In this document: positions 12,206-23,579 of the stretch, piece after piece
How the letters are laid out: every line of letters begins with the position of its first letter
Position numbering within the stretch: position 1 is the first letter of the stretch
Assembly: GCF_006345805.1 (NCBI RefSeq)
Contig: NC_043000.1
Span: 159,898,001 to 159,962,000, forward strand
DNA from: Octopus sinensis
Lineage: Eukaryota
Direction: 5' to 3'
DNA length: 64,000 nucleotides
Program-made: the position numbers and the translations under genes
Notes under the pieces: model-generated
Databases searched by the model: none
Told to the model about the DNA's origin: nothing
What the model saw: only the letters and a program-made list of their open reading frames with translations

Positions 12206-13059
12206 CCTGCATCTGTTGGAGGTGGCCTTATGTGGTGGTAGTTCCAGCTTTGTGCTTGTAGCCAGGTCAGCTGCTGAACAATTTTTTGTGCCATGCACAA
12301 AAAAGACTGCTGTTCAGCTGCCGCCCTTCTCACATCTGGGTGAAGTTGGCCACCTGTTGGGTTTCCGCGCACCACATCTGCATACCGTCTTTCAGTAGTG
12401 GTCAGTGCGCTTTTTTCCCTTCTTTTAACTTTTTGTTTTTGTTTTTGTTTTTGTTCTCCCTGAGGGAGGGACCTCTGTCTCGCGTCCGTGCGGTTTTGGT
12501 AGGGCCTCCGATGTGCAAAGCGACAGTTTGCACCTTCAACGCCGTACCAGCAGTCCCCCCTCAGGTAGAATTTGCAGGTGTTTCTTTCCCTGCCCTTACA
12601 GTTTTTGCTGGGGTCCCTCTGCTTTCTCTGGACAGGGCTTCCGTTAGCCTTGATTCTGTCACCCTTTACCTCCTGCTTCCCATCAATTCCAGGGTGCCTT
12701 TCCTTTCTTGCGGCCATCGCACCTCTTTGGTCTTCAGTTGTGGTGTTGGAAGCTGGACATGTGTCATCGTTTCCCTGTGTTCCAGGCTTCTCCATTTGGC
12801 TCTGGATGCTTTCCTCATCCTTTTGGCCCTCCCTGCTGCCGTCACCTCCCAGGATGATGTCCAGGGTGTCCACATGTTGCCTGATTAGAGCGTACGAACG
12901 GATAACTTCTCTCTTCTTTCGCTCTATCTGGACGGTGGTTCTCGAAAAATTGTTGCTTTTCAGCGCCGCAGCAATAATGTCGTTCGGCGAGTCGTCCTCA
13001 GCGATCCTCCAAGCGCGGACGAACAATTGCACCTCTCTCGCAGACCAGTTTCTTGCCAT
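12151..13059 (-). CDS. LINE family 1 ORF1 (~302 aa from MARNW): Myb/SANT-like motif + CCCH zinc finger
   Basis: MARNWSAREVQLFVRAW...IIAAALKSNNFSRTTVQIERKKREVIRSY fits the trihelix pattern. CKFYLRGDCWYGVEGANCRFAH is C-x7-C-x8-C-x3-H (12511-12576). The 166 extra N-terminal codons in the track ORF are CT-rich UTR. Confidence 0.75.
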   Translation of the reverse strand: MARNWSAREVQLFVRAWRIAEDDSPNDIIAAALKSNNFSRTTVQIERKKREVIRSYALIRQHVDTLDIILGGDGSREGQKDEESIQSQMEKPGTQGNDDTCPASNTTTEDQRGAMAARKERHPGIDGKQEVKGDRIKANGSPVQRKQRDPSKNCKGRERNTCKFYLRGDCWYGVEGANCRFAHRRPYQNRTDARQRSLPQGEQKQKQKQKVKRREKSALTTTERRYADVVRGNPTGGQLHPDVRRAAAEQQSFLCMAQKIVQQLTWLQAQSWNYHHIRPPPTDAGWPPQTPTPTHTPQKYFY

Positions 13060-13079
13060 TTTCTTCTTGTGAAATATAG

Positions 13080-13920
13080 GAACAGAGAGAGAGATAGAGA
13101 AGGAGAGATATGGAGAGGGAGAAGAGAAAGGAGAAAAGCCAGGGGGGATAGAGAGAGACGAGGGGATTGTCCTGAGAGAAGAGAGAAAGAGAGAAAATAA
13201 GAGGGAAAAAAGAGAAAGGTGAAAGAATGGCAGGTCAGCAGGGGAAGAGTGAGCGGCATAGAGGTGTAGTAGAAAGGGACAGGGTGGAAAAGAGAGACAA
13301 GAGGGTGGGCCCTCGGGGGAGCAGGGAGAAGAAAGGCGGAGAGATAAAATGGAGAGGAAGAGAGAGATGAAATGGAGAGGGAGAGAGAGAGAGGGCAGGA
13401 TAGAGGTACCAGGGAGTGAAGTAAAGGGACAGAGAGGGTGGTGTGGAGGAAGGAGACAGAGAGAGGAAAAAAGAGACAGGGGGTGGTGAGCCTTAGAGGG
13501 AACAGGGAGAGGAAAGGTAGGAAGAAAAAAGGGGGAAGAGGAAGAGACGGGGCGCAACAGAGTGTAGTAAAGGGACAGGGAGGGTGGTGTAGAGAAAGAA
13601 ATAAGGGGACAGAAGGGGAAGAGGAAAAGGGGTTTGACCTGTGAAGGAGCGGAGAGGAAAGAGGCAGAGAGAGGGAGGGGGAGTAACAGAGAGAGAGAAT
13701 GAGTGAAGTTGAGGAACTAAGAGAGGGGGTGAGGTGAGAGAAAGTTGATCTGAGAGAGATGCAGAAAGAGAAACGATTGCAGAGGGAGAGAGAGGGAGGA
13801 GGGGAGAGTGAGAGCGGAAATAGAGGGTCTGGTGGATGGGGAGACAGATAAGGTATAAACTGTATGAGAGAGATAGAAATAGAAATGTAAGAAAGAGAGG
13901 GAGAGATTATAAAGATAGAA
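13080..13920 (-). promoter_or_regulatory. Long polypyrimidine (CT-rich on the sense strand) 5'UTR of LINE family 1
   Basis: ~840 bp almost purely A/G on the + strand, directly upstream of the ORF1 ATG. An internal promoter role is inferred only. Confidence 0.5.
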
Positions 13921-14758
13921 TAGCGCGTATTTTTATATCTTTTTAATTATTATTTTCTGTTTGAAAGAACACTAATGATAACAAAATAAATAATATCTTC
14001 CTTACCTTGGCTGAGAGAGTACTTACGTGATTCCTTTTTATAAGAAAGGAAGATAGATAGACAAGACAGACCTTTTATATTCCCCAAGCGCACTTTGTAA
14101 ACAAAAGGGATTTGAGTTTCGATTTAGCACATGCAACAGTTTGACGATACTTTCTGTATTTTCCTAAGCGATTTGGTATTAAGCAGCAAATCTTTCAGAG
14201 GCTTTTTTCAGAACACGCAGATATACATCAAAAACGAAAATATCCTTCTCAAAAATACTGTGTCTTGTTGATTCACAGACGAAGAATAAAATTCACTTCG
14301 ATTTCGGGAAGTAACACACGTGCGTTTTAACACGTGTATTCGCGAGTATGTTCTAGTTGCAAATACTATATCAAAAGCGAAAATATTCTTCTCAAATACA
14401 GTGACTTGTTGTACTATCACTTATATTCGCTTTGCAGACAATTTCGCTTCTGATAACATCGATCTCTGAAAGGACTTCTTTAATATTTAGGAGAGACACG
14501 TTAACACACTTGTTGTTAGTTCAGCGCCATCTTGGTAATATATATATGTATATATATATAGTATGTAAATATATGCATATATATATATGTATATATATAT
14601 ATGTATATATATATGTATATATATATATATATATAGGTATGTATATATATATATATGTATATGTATATATATGTATATATGTATATGTATATATATATGT
14701 ATATGTATTATATATTGTAATGTATACGTATATATATATATATATATATGTATATATG

Positions 14759-14983
14759 TTATATAAAAGGGCTTAGTAAAATAAATTACTTGGCCGCATA
14801 CTGAACTCGTTAGAAATAGCAGCTAAAAAAAAACTATTCTAACACTTAAAGAAAACCTCTCTCATATATGTTTGCTATATGAGAGAGGTTTTCTTTAGTG
14901 TTAGAAATAGTTTTTTTTAGCTGCTTTTCTAACGAGTTCAGTATGCGGCAAAGTAATTTATTTTACTAAGCCCTTTTATATAA
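14759..14983. repeat. Near-perfect palindrome, ~109 bp arms with a 7 nt loop
   Basis: TTATATAAAAGGGCTTAG...CTCTCTCATATA-tgtttgc-TATATGAGAGAG...CTAAGCCCTTTTATATAA. One substitution and a few 1-nt indels between arms. Confidence 0.95.
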
Positions 14984-15101
14984 TGTAATAATTTGAATTT
15001 GCCTAAATGGTCCCTTTGCATACTGAATACTTGGTGAAATTGATTAATTAATTAATTAATTTTACCCTCAATTGTTGAAATTATATGTATATATGTATAT
15101 A

Positions 15102-15586
15102 TATCGGAAGGTTTGGAGATGATGTACAGGTATTATATATTAGAAAAATTGAGGTAATCAGATCAGATGGTTCATATTTGTAGATATTTATTTATATATT
15201 ACATTTTTTACATATATATCATATCATTCGGATTAGCGCTTGCTCCCATTCTAGTGGGTTTTCAAATCAAATCAGTTGTGGGTAGTTTGAACCTTTTTAT
15301 AGTTTCGTAGTAGTGGGTGAGGAGGAAGTGAGACAGAGAGAAAATATGTGTGTATGTGTGTGTGTGTGTGGTGTGTGTTGTGTGTGTGTGCGCATTTATA
15401 TCTGAGAGTGAAGAAGTGTTATTTCCGTTGGTCTGCTGGACCCCCTGTGGTTTTATAAGAACTTTGGCCGTCCATTTCAATGTCACTGAGTGTGTGTTGT
15501 GCATAGGTTGGCCTGGCAAATGTCATTTGGGGTCACACTTTCTATGATCATTCTGTGGAGGTGTGTGTTGTGTGTGTCTGTGTGTG

Positions 15587-15628
<42 letters not shown>

Positions 15629-18600
15629 TGTGTGTGTGTGTGTGTCTGTGTGTTTGGAGAAGGGGAGAGAGACAAAAAGAGAAAAGGGAAAATAAAAATA
15701 ATAATAATAAAAATAAAAAATTAAAAAAATAAAAAAATAAAATAAAATAAAATAAAAACAAAAAATAAAAAATAAAATAAAAAAATATAAAGAATAAATA
15801 AAAATATAAAGAATAAAAAATAAAAAATAAAAATAAAAATAAAAATAAAAATAAGGGAGGAAGTGGAGAAGAAAAAATATTTTTGTGTGTTGATATTTAT
15901 ACCAACACATATATATACACACACACAGACTTATACATAAAAATATTGAAAAAACCTTTTTATCGGTTCAAAATGAACAGCCAAATTATACCATCTTGAA
16001 AGTTGTATGTCATAGGAAAGTTAAAACTAAAGTGACAATTAAAGGGTAAAGATGGAAGTGAATTATAAAGATAATAATATAATATGATGTATATAACAGG
16101 CAATACACACATCTACACCACACAGATTTTTCCTTCAATGTATGTTGAGTAAAGTTTCAGCCATTTAATTTGGGGGAGAACTTAGCTATGAAATGTTTTT
16201 CCATATTCCTCCTGAAGGGGGTGTCATTCTTCGGACACTTGTAGAAGGGAAATATCTTAAATTTTCCTTCTCCACATGTAGCTAGGTGTGTGCTTAGTGG
16301 TATTTTGCGTAGTTCTTCCTGCCGAATATGTTGTCGGTGGATCCTGGCTCGCTGGCACAAAGAATTACCAGTTTCTCCTACGTAATTCTCCTTGCATGTG
16401 GGCAGGTTATGCAGTATATGACGTTCTGCGTCTTGCAGTTCATATCTGCATTTACTTTGAATATGACACCATTTTTAAATCTTATCTCTCTGTTGCTCTC
16501 TATGTATTTGTAGGTGGGGTTGCTGCAGGTCCCACATCTACCATCTCCGCACTCTTTTGCAAAGAATTCCGTTTTAGTTTCTGAAGAGAATTTCGCTCTT
16601 GTTAGGTGTTTTTTTAGGTTTTTGTCCTGTCGTCTACTGTTTTTATGCTATATTTGTTTAATATGTTTTTCATTTTGGGGCTCTGTAAGGCTATTGGTAG
16701 GTTTGAATGTATGGTTTGGAAGATGTTGGTAACTCCAGGGTGGTGTGTTTTATAAAAGGGATAGTGTTTTCTTTGTTTTTTGTTTTGGGTGTCCTGAGTT
16801 GTGTGATGTCTAGTTTTAATGCTCTTGTGATTCCATTTTCTATTAGTTTAAGGGGGTATTTTTGCTCTAGGAGGAAGCTTTTGAGTTCATCTAGTCTTAT
16901 TAATCATATTTGTGAATCAGTTACTATGCTACATATTCGTTCGTGCCATACTATATGGGATGTTTCTTTTTGTGTGGGATGGGTGGCAGGAGTGGAAATT
17001 TAAGTATTGATGTGTGTCAGTTTTTTTGTAGTGGATGTCTGTTGTGACGATGGAGTTGTGTATTTTGATGTTGATGTCTAGGAAGGGAAGTTCGTTGTGG
17101 CTGGTATCTATTGTGAAATTGATAGATGGGTGCAGCGTATTGAGGATGTTGTGGAATGTTTGTAGGTCCTCTTCTGATCTGTTCCAAAAGATGAAACAGT
17201 CATCGAGGTAGCGTTTCCACTTTTTCTTGATGTCTTCTCTGAAGTCGTGTTCGAAGACTTTCCCTATTTCGTCATATAGTTTTTTCTCCAGGAAGCCCAT
17301 CACTAGGTTGGCATATGAAGGTGCGAATTTTGTACCCATAGCCGTGCCTTTTATCTGTCGGTAAGTCTTGTTGTTGAATGAGAATGTGTTTTCTTCTAGT
17401 AGTTGGGTGGCTTGGGTGATAAAGTTTGTCTTGAAGCGTTCATCTATAAGTTCTCTGTATTTTTCTATTGATTGTTTTATAGCTTCTAGACCTAGGGTGT
17501 GTGGTATGTTTGTGTATAGATTTGTGACATCAAAGCTTGCAAGTATGGTGTTTTTCGGGACTGTATTTGGAATGTGTGTGAGGAAGTCTATGTCATCCCT
17601 TATGTAGCTTGGAATCTGTGGGCATAGAGTTTGAGGAGTATATCTATGAAGTGGCTTAGTTGTTGTGTTGGTGCTGGGGTCCTGCCACTATTGGTCTCAT
17701 CGTGAGGTCTGCAGGTCTTTGTACTCTTATGTAGTGGTTCCTCTGTTCCTTTATGGCTCTCTGTATTTCCGAGCTTTTATGAATTTTAGGTAATCATAAA
17801 AGTTGCTTTCTTTGGTTTGTGAGTTGCATAGATAATCTTCCTCCTTATCTGTAAAGGAGTCCTGATATTCATTGACTAAAGTTCTAATTTTTCTTATTGT
17901 TGTTTTCTCCGGTGGTGTTGGTTCCTCTTTGTAATATTGTCTGGTTGTTCAGTAACTCTAGTATCTTTTCTTTGTAGTAATCTGTGTCCATAATTACTAT
18001 TGCTCCACCTTTGTCAGCTTCTTTTATAACGATTGATTTGTCATTTTTCAGTTTTTGTAGGGCTTGCTTTTCTTCTCTGCGGAGATTCTGTTTGCATTTG
18101 TGTGTGTGAAGAGGGAATTTGGATATTGTTTCTATGTACGTGTCAAGGTGTTGTCACTTCCCTTGTAAGGGGTGAAGTGGGATTTTTTTCTTATGATTGA
18201 GTTATCTTCTGTTTCTTTATTTTCAAAGAATTCCATAAGGCGGAGGAGGTAGCGGCTGAAGTTATCTATGTCAGTTTTTAGTTCTATGAGGTTTGGAGTG
18301 GGTGTAGGTGTAAATTTGAGGCCTTTTAGTAGTAGGTTCATCATATTCGTCAAGTTCTCTTTTAGATAAGTTTATTATTTTGGGGTCTATGTGTTTTGGG
18401 AGTTCATCCGGAATTTTTGGTGTATTGGGTCTGGAGTATGGTTGAAGTATCCTCTCCCTAAAAAATGGGTTGTGTTGTTACGTCTCCAAATTCCATTTTC
18501 AGTTCTTAGGTTTTCTTGTAGTTGGGGTGGTCTGTGTGGTCTGTATGTGTTGTTTTGTCTTGGTAGTTGTTTTCTTCCCATCTTCTGTGTTGGTTGAGCC

Positions 18601-20220
18601 AATATTATTACTGGGGTTCAGGTTTCTTGGTGGTAGGTGGATGGTTCATGTATTGTGTTTGTATTGTATTGATAGTGGGAGTTGTTTTTTATCCATCTTG
18701 GAAATTTGTGGGGTTGCATGGGGTTGGTGTTTGTGTGGTTTCGATTTCCTTGATGTTTGTTGTGGGTTATGTGTTGGTTTCTATCCATTTGTATATTGTT
18801 CCATGTGTGGTCCCTTTAGGGTGTCCAGTGTTATGTGTTGGTGGTTGTTCATATTCTATTTGTTCTCTCCAAGTGTTATAGGTTGTTGGTTGTATGTATT
18901 GTGCTCGTCTTGCTGTTGGTGTGTTTGTTTTTGTGGGGTTTTGGGTTGATGGTGTCTTTCATATTTTGTGTATCTGTTAATTGGGGGGTTCGGCAGTGTA
19001 AGGAGCGGGATTTTGGTTGGTTTGTGTTGGTAGGGCTTATTTTGATGTCTGGGAGTCCAGTATGTTTGTGGTGTTAGTTTGTTGTATCTATTCATTTGTT
19101 TTGGTAGTTTTTTTGTCTTCATAATTGATTCTTCACCATAGTTCTTTTCATAGTTTAAAAACCACTCATGTTGTTTGGTCCACATAAATCTGGATCTTTC
19201 CTCCTCTCGTTCGGTATCCTCTTTCCATAATTGTTGTAGTTTTTCTTTGTTTTGGTTATTGTTCCTTTCTGTTATCTCGGCCATTATGACGGTATCGATT
19301 GTTTTAATCTTATCTTCCTGGTGTGTGCTTCGTGTTTGTAGAAGGGAAATTTCCGTTTCTAGTCGGCAGAGGGCTAGGTTTGCACGTATTGTTGTTTCTT
19401 CTAGTGTTTCACCCCTTATTTCTTTGATAAGAAATTTTCTAGGGAGAATTGGGTTCTTCAAGTCCCGCCAGTTTTGATATATGTTGGCTATGTTCTTACA
19501 GCGTATGTTTTTCCAATAAGCATATTTGCGTTGGTTTAGAAGTTTGTCCAGTCTTGGGGTTTTGAAGGTTTTTCTGGTTTGTGTCAGTTTTGTTTCTTCG
19601 TCATTTGTTGTCCTTTGTGATTGGGGTAGTCCCGCCAGAAGGTTTGTGTTATCAGTTGTGTTTGTTTGATTATTTTTACAGAGAATATTTGGTGTTTGGA
19701 TTGTATTTATTGTTAAAGCAATGTTGCAAAGAGCGTATCAATTTTTGAGAGAAGTGAATTTAACTTACTACAGGTTTCTGTGAGTAGATCTTCCATGCTT
19801 CTGGTATTTCCCTGTTGAAGATGTGCTTCTGTCTTGTTTATTTCAGCATTGCATATTTTGCAGATTTGTGTTAGGTCTTCGCGTGTTTGGTATAAGCCTG
19901 TTTGGGGTCTGGTTCTGTTCCATTCCTTTCAATATTTTCTGTATTTTGGTATCTTCTGTTTGTGGATCTGATATTAGTCCATCCATTCTGATGTCATGTA
20001 CATCCAAATATATGTATCGGAAGGTTGGAGATGATGTACAGGTATTATATATTAGAAAAATTGAGGTAATCAGATCAGATGGTTCATATTTGTAGATATT
20101 TATTTATATATTACATTTTTTACATATATATCATATCATTCGGATTAGCGCTTGCTCCCATTCTAGTGGGTTTTCAAATCAAATCGTGGGTAGTTTGAAC
20201 CTTTTTATAGTTTCGTAGTA
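15102..20220 (-). mobile_element. Penelope-like element (Neptune-type) with ~210 bp pseudo-LTR direct repeat
   Basis: 15102-15312 is repeated in the same orientation at 20015-20220. The single frameshifted ORF encodes a PLE-type RT and a GIY-YIG endonuclease. Confidence 0.92.
16157..19986 (-). pseudogene. PLE polyprotein: N-terminal region + RT + Cys linker + GIY-YIG endonuclease (frameshifted)
   Basis: LLKGLKFTPTP; MGTKFAPSYANL; WKRYLDDCF; LPFLD; YKKTDTHQYLNFHSCHPSHTKRNIPYS; CGDGRCGTC (Neptune-type linker); CKTQNVIYCITCPTCKENYVGETG..RARIHR; EKHFIAKFSPKLN. The start is tentative. Confidence 0.88.
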
Positions 20221-21343
20221 CACACACACCCTGGAGTTACCAACATCTTCCAAACCATACATTCAAACCTACAATAGCCTTACAGAGCCCCAAAATGAAA
20301 AACATATTAAACAAATATAGCATAAAAAACAGTAGACGACAGGAAAAAAACCTAAAAAACACCTAACAAGAGCGAAATTCTCTTCAGAAACTAAAACGGA
20401 ATTCTTTGCAAAAGAGTGCGGAGATGGTAGATGTGGGACCTGCAGCAACCCCACCTACAAATACATAGAGAGCAACAGAGAGATAAGATTTAAAAATGGT
20501 GTCATATTCAAAGTAAATGCAGATATGAACTGCAAGACGCAGAACGTCATATACTGCATAACCTGCCCCACATGCAAGGAGAATTACGTAGGAGAAACTG
20601 GTAATTCTTTGTGCCAGCGAGCCAGGATCCACCGACAACATATTCGGCAGGAAGAACTACGCAAAATACCACTAAGCACACACCTAGCTACATGTGGAGA
20701 AGGAAAATTTAAGATATTCCCTTCTACAAGTGTCCGAAGAATGACACCCCCTTCAGGAGGAATATGGAAAAACATTTCATAGCTAAGTTCTCCCCCAAAT
20801 TAAATGGCTGAAACTTTACTCAACATACATTGAAGGAAAAATCTGTGTGTGTGTAGATGTGTGTATTGCCTGTTATATACATCATATTATATTATTATCT
20901 TTATAATTCACTTCCATCTTTACCCTTTAATTGTCACTTTAGTTTTAACTTTCCTATGACATACAACTTTCAAGATGGTATAATTTGGTTGTTCATTTTG
21001 AACCGATAAAAAGGTTTTTTCAAATATTTTATGTATAAGTCTGTGTGTGTGTGTATATATATGTGTTGGTATAAATATCAAACACAAAAATATTTTTTCT
21101 TCTCCACTTCCTCCCTTTTTATTTTTATTTTTATTTTTATTTTTTTATTTTATTCTTTATATTTTTATTTATTCCTTATATTTTTTATTTTATTTTTATT
21201 TTTTGTTTTTATTTTATTTTATTTTATTTTTTTAAATTTTTTAATTTTTTATTTTTATTATTATTATTTTATTTCCCTTTTCTCTTTTTGTCTCTCTCCC
21301 CTTCTCCAAACACACAGACACACACACACCACACACACATACA

Positions 21344-21374
<31 letters not shown>

Positions 21375-21593
21375 AAAACACACAGAGACCACACAGAGAC
21401 ACACACACACACACACCTCCACAGAATGATCATAGAAAGTGTGACCCCAAATGACATTTGCCAGGCCAACCTATGCACAAAACACACTCAGTGACATTGA
21501 AATGGACGGCCAAAGTTCTTATAAAACCACAGGGGGTCCAGCAGACCAACGGAAATAACACTTCTTCACTCTCAGATATAAATGCGCACACAC

Positions 21594-21629
<36 letters not shown>

Positions 21630-21841
21630 AATATTTTCTCTCTGTCTCACTTCCTCCTCACCCACTACTACGAAACTATAAAAAGGTTCAAACTACCCAC
21701 AACTGATTTGATTTGAAAACCCACTAGAATGGGAGCAAGCGCTAATCCGAATGATATGATATATATGTAAAAAATGTAATATATAAATAAATATCTACAA
21801 ATATGAACCATCTGATCTGATTACCTCAATTTTTCTAATAT
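20221..21841 (+). mobile_element. Inverted 3' arm of the PLE (GIY-YIG region + 3'UTR)
   Basis: Reverse complement of ~15135-16746, joined directly to the upstream pseudo-LTR. Differences are mainly homopolymer/microsatellite indels. Confidence 0.95.
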
Positions 21842-22284
21842 GTATATATATATATATATGTATATATGTATATATATGTATATATATATGTATATATATA
21901 TATGTATATGTATATGTATATGTATATATTATGAATGTATATGTAGTATATGTATTATACTATGTGGATTAACTGTTGAAGTGGACGGACGTCTATTGTT
22001 TCTCTCCCAAGTCAGTAGCAAGCTACACAGCTTCAAAAACTAACTGACCTTAAATATATATATATTTGTAACCACGTGTTTGCCTACAAACCCGTAAGTA
22101 CGTATTCATTAACTACAAATTGTTATATAAACTGTTTTTCTTTTAATATCCTCAAAAAACCAAATAATCAAAAACTCACACCTTTAAGAGAGAACATTTA
22201 TATATATATACACTTCTTTAACTCCAAGAAAGAATATATATATTTTCAAAAATCAAAAGGAAAACAAACAAAAGAAAAACAAAC

Positions 22285-23500
22285 ATGACTAACTTGCAGG
22301 CCTGCAACAGACGAAATGGTCTGATAACGAAATTGATGTTTTAATAAACACATGGCTCTCTCTTTCCCAAACAGAAAATCTAAATGTCTTGTGTTTGAAT
22401 GAGATTGCCGAAAAAACATCACAAGTGGTCAACACACGATCCGTCAAACAGATTCGTAGCAAGTTGAAACATATCGAAGTATCTTTCAAACTGATAAGAG
22501 GCCATTATGAAAAGCTTCTACATATTCTCACAGTTCAAGAACAACAACAGCTAGAAAATCAGCAGCCACAACAACAACAACAACAGAATGAGCCACTCCT
22601 GGTTCCCAGCACAATGGCTGACCCTGACATCGGTCAGGCACAACAACAACAACAACAACAGCCACAGCAACAAGAACAACAACAGCCACTCCTCAACTCT
22701 AGCTTACTAGACGATTCACTAAATGCCAGTATCTTTTCACCGCTCTCACAGCAACCACCACAATTATCATCATCATCATCGCCACCGCTGCCACCATCGT
22801 CTTCTATCACCAAAAATACCGACAGAAAACCAAATAAGAAACCACTGCCCTCTTCCCCCACATCACCACCTCAATACTACTGCAGTAACAAAAACTTAAA
22901 GAAACATAGGAAGCAGAATGCCCCCCACTGCACAAACAAGAAATCCCCAAATATGTCGCTATTCACTGCGCCAGAGACTCTGCACAAATAGTGACTGCAT
23001 CTTCACGCATCTACCCGGCACTAGACGCACTACCGGCCAAGGCCAAAGCACGCATCCCACAATAACATCAACACCACCAAATAGTAAATCGAAATTCAAA
23101 ACACACACAACTCAGAGTCCCAAAATCTGCCGGTATTCCCAACGTGAGAGAACATGTCTACTGAGTGACTGTCCCTTCACTCATTCCAGGGACCCGACGC
23201 ACAAACAGAAACGGGGCCTCAAGCCAACACACAAACCTGAATAACAATAAAAATAGAAACACACCATGCTGCAGTAATGCTGGTCCAGTCTTTTCAGGAA
23301 GACACAAAACAAAACAACAAAAGGGGAAGCTACAACCCTATCCAACAGTGCAACCACACCTCCAGCCAAAAACTGCTCCCTAAGCAGGAAAATTCTTTTT
23401 TAGCCATGTTGAACATGGCAAAAAAGATAACACAAAAACATTCTAGCCATCACTCAACACCATCCTATGCTATTACCCCAGTGCCACCAATTCCCCACAT
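22285..23500 (+). pseudogene. LINE family 2 ORF1: Myb/SANT-like motif, polyQ/Pro linker, two CCCH fingers (frameshifted)
   Basis: The frame upstream of track ORF 22389 reads KWSDNEIDVLINTW...EIAEKTSQVVNTRSVKQIRSKLKHIEVSF. CRYSLRQRLCTNSDCIFTH (22954-23010) and CRYSQRERTCLLSDCPFTH (23128-23184) are C-x8-C-x4-C-x3-H. The ATG at 22285 is in a different frame from the motif. Confidence 0.7.
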
Positions 23501-23579
23501 TGCTGCCACTAACACACACAAAAAATCCAAGCCCCCTGCAACAGTCAAAACCAGCCACTACACTAACCTCCACATTCCT

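Larger units (their letters stand above)
9152..13930 (-). mobile_element. Apparently full-length CR1-group LINE, family 1 (5'UTR, ORF1, APE-RT ORF2, 3' stem-loop tail)
   Basis: Contiguous ORF1, APE endonuclease and RT in one orientation, a short 3'UTR, and an ATTTAAG(A/G) tail abutting a TA array. The 5' edge is approximate. Confidence 0.92.

Noticed and set aside
13060-13557. N-terminal 166 aa of the 468 aa ORF 12151..13557
   Set aside because: S/L/P/F-rich read-through of the CT-rich 5'UTR. The credible start is MARNW at 13059.
14795-14830. CTGAACTCGTTAGAAATAGCAGCTA in the palindrome arms as a hammerhead
   Set aside because: It lacks G8/A9, stem II and the U16.1 pairing.
15102-15312. Hammerhead in the pseudo-LTR of the large PLE
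   Set aside because: I looked on the sense strand and found no CUGANGA...GAAA core.
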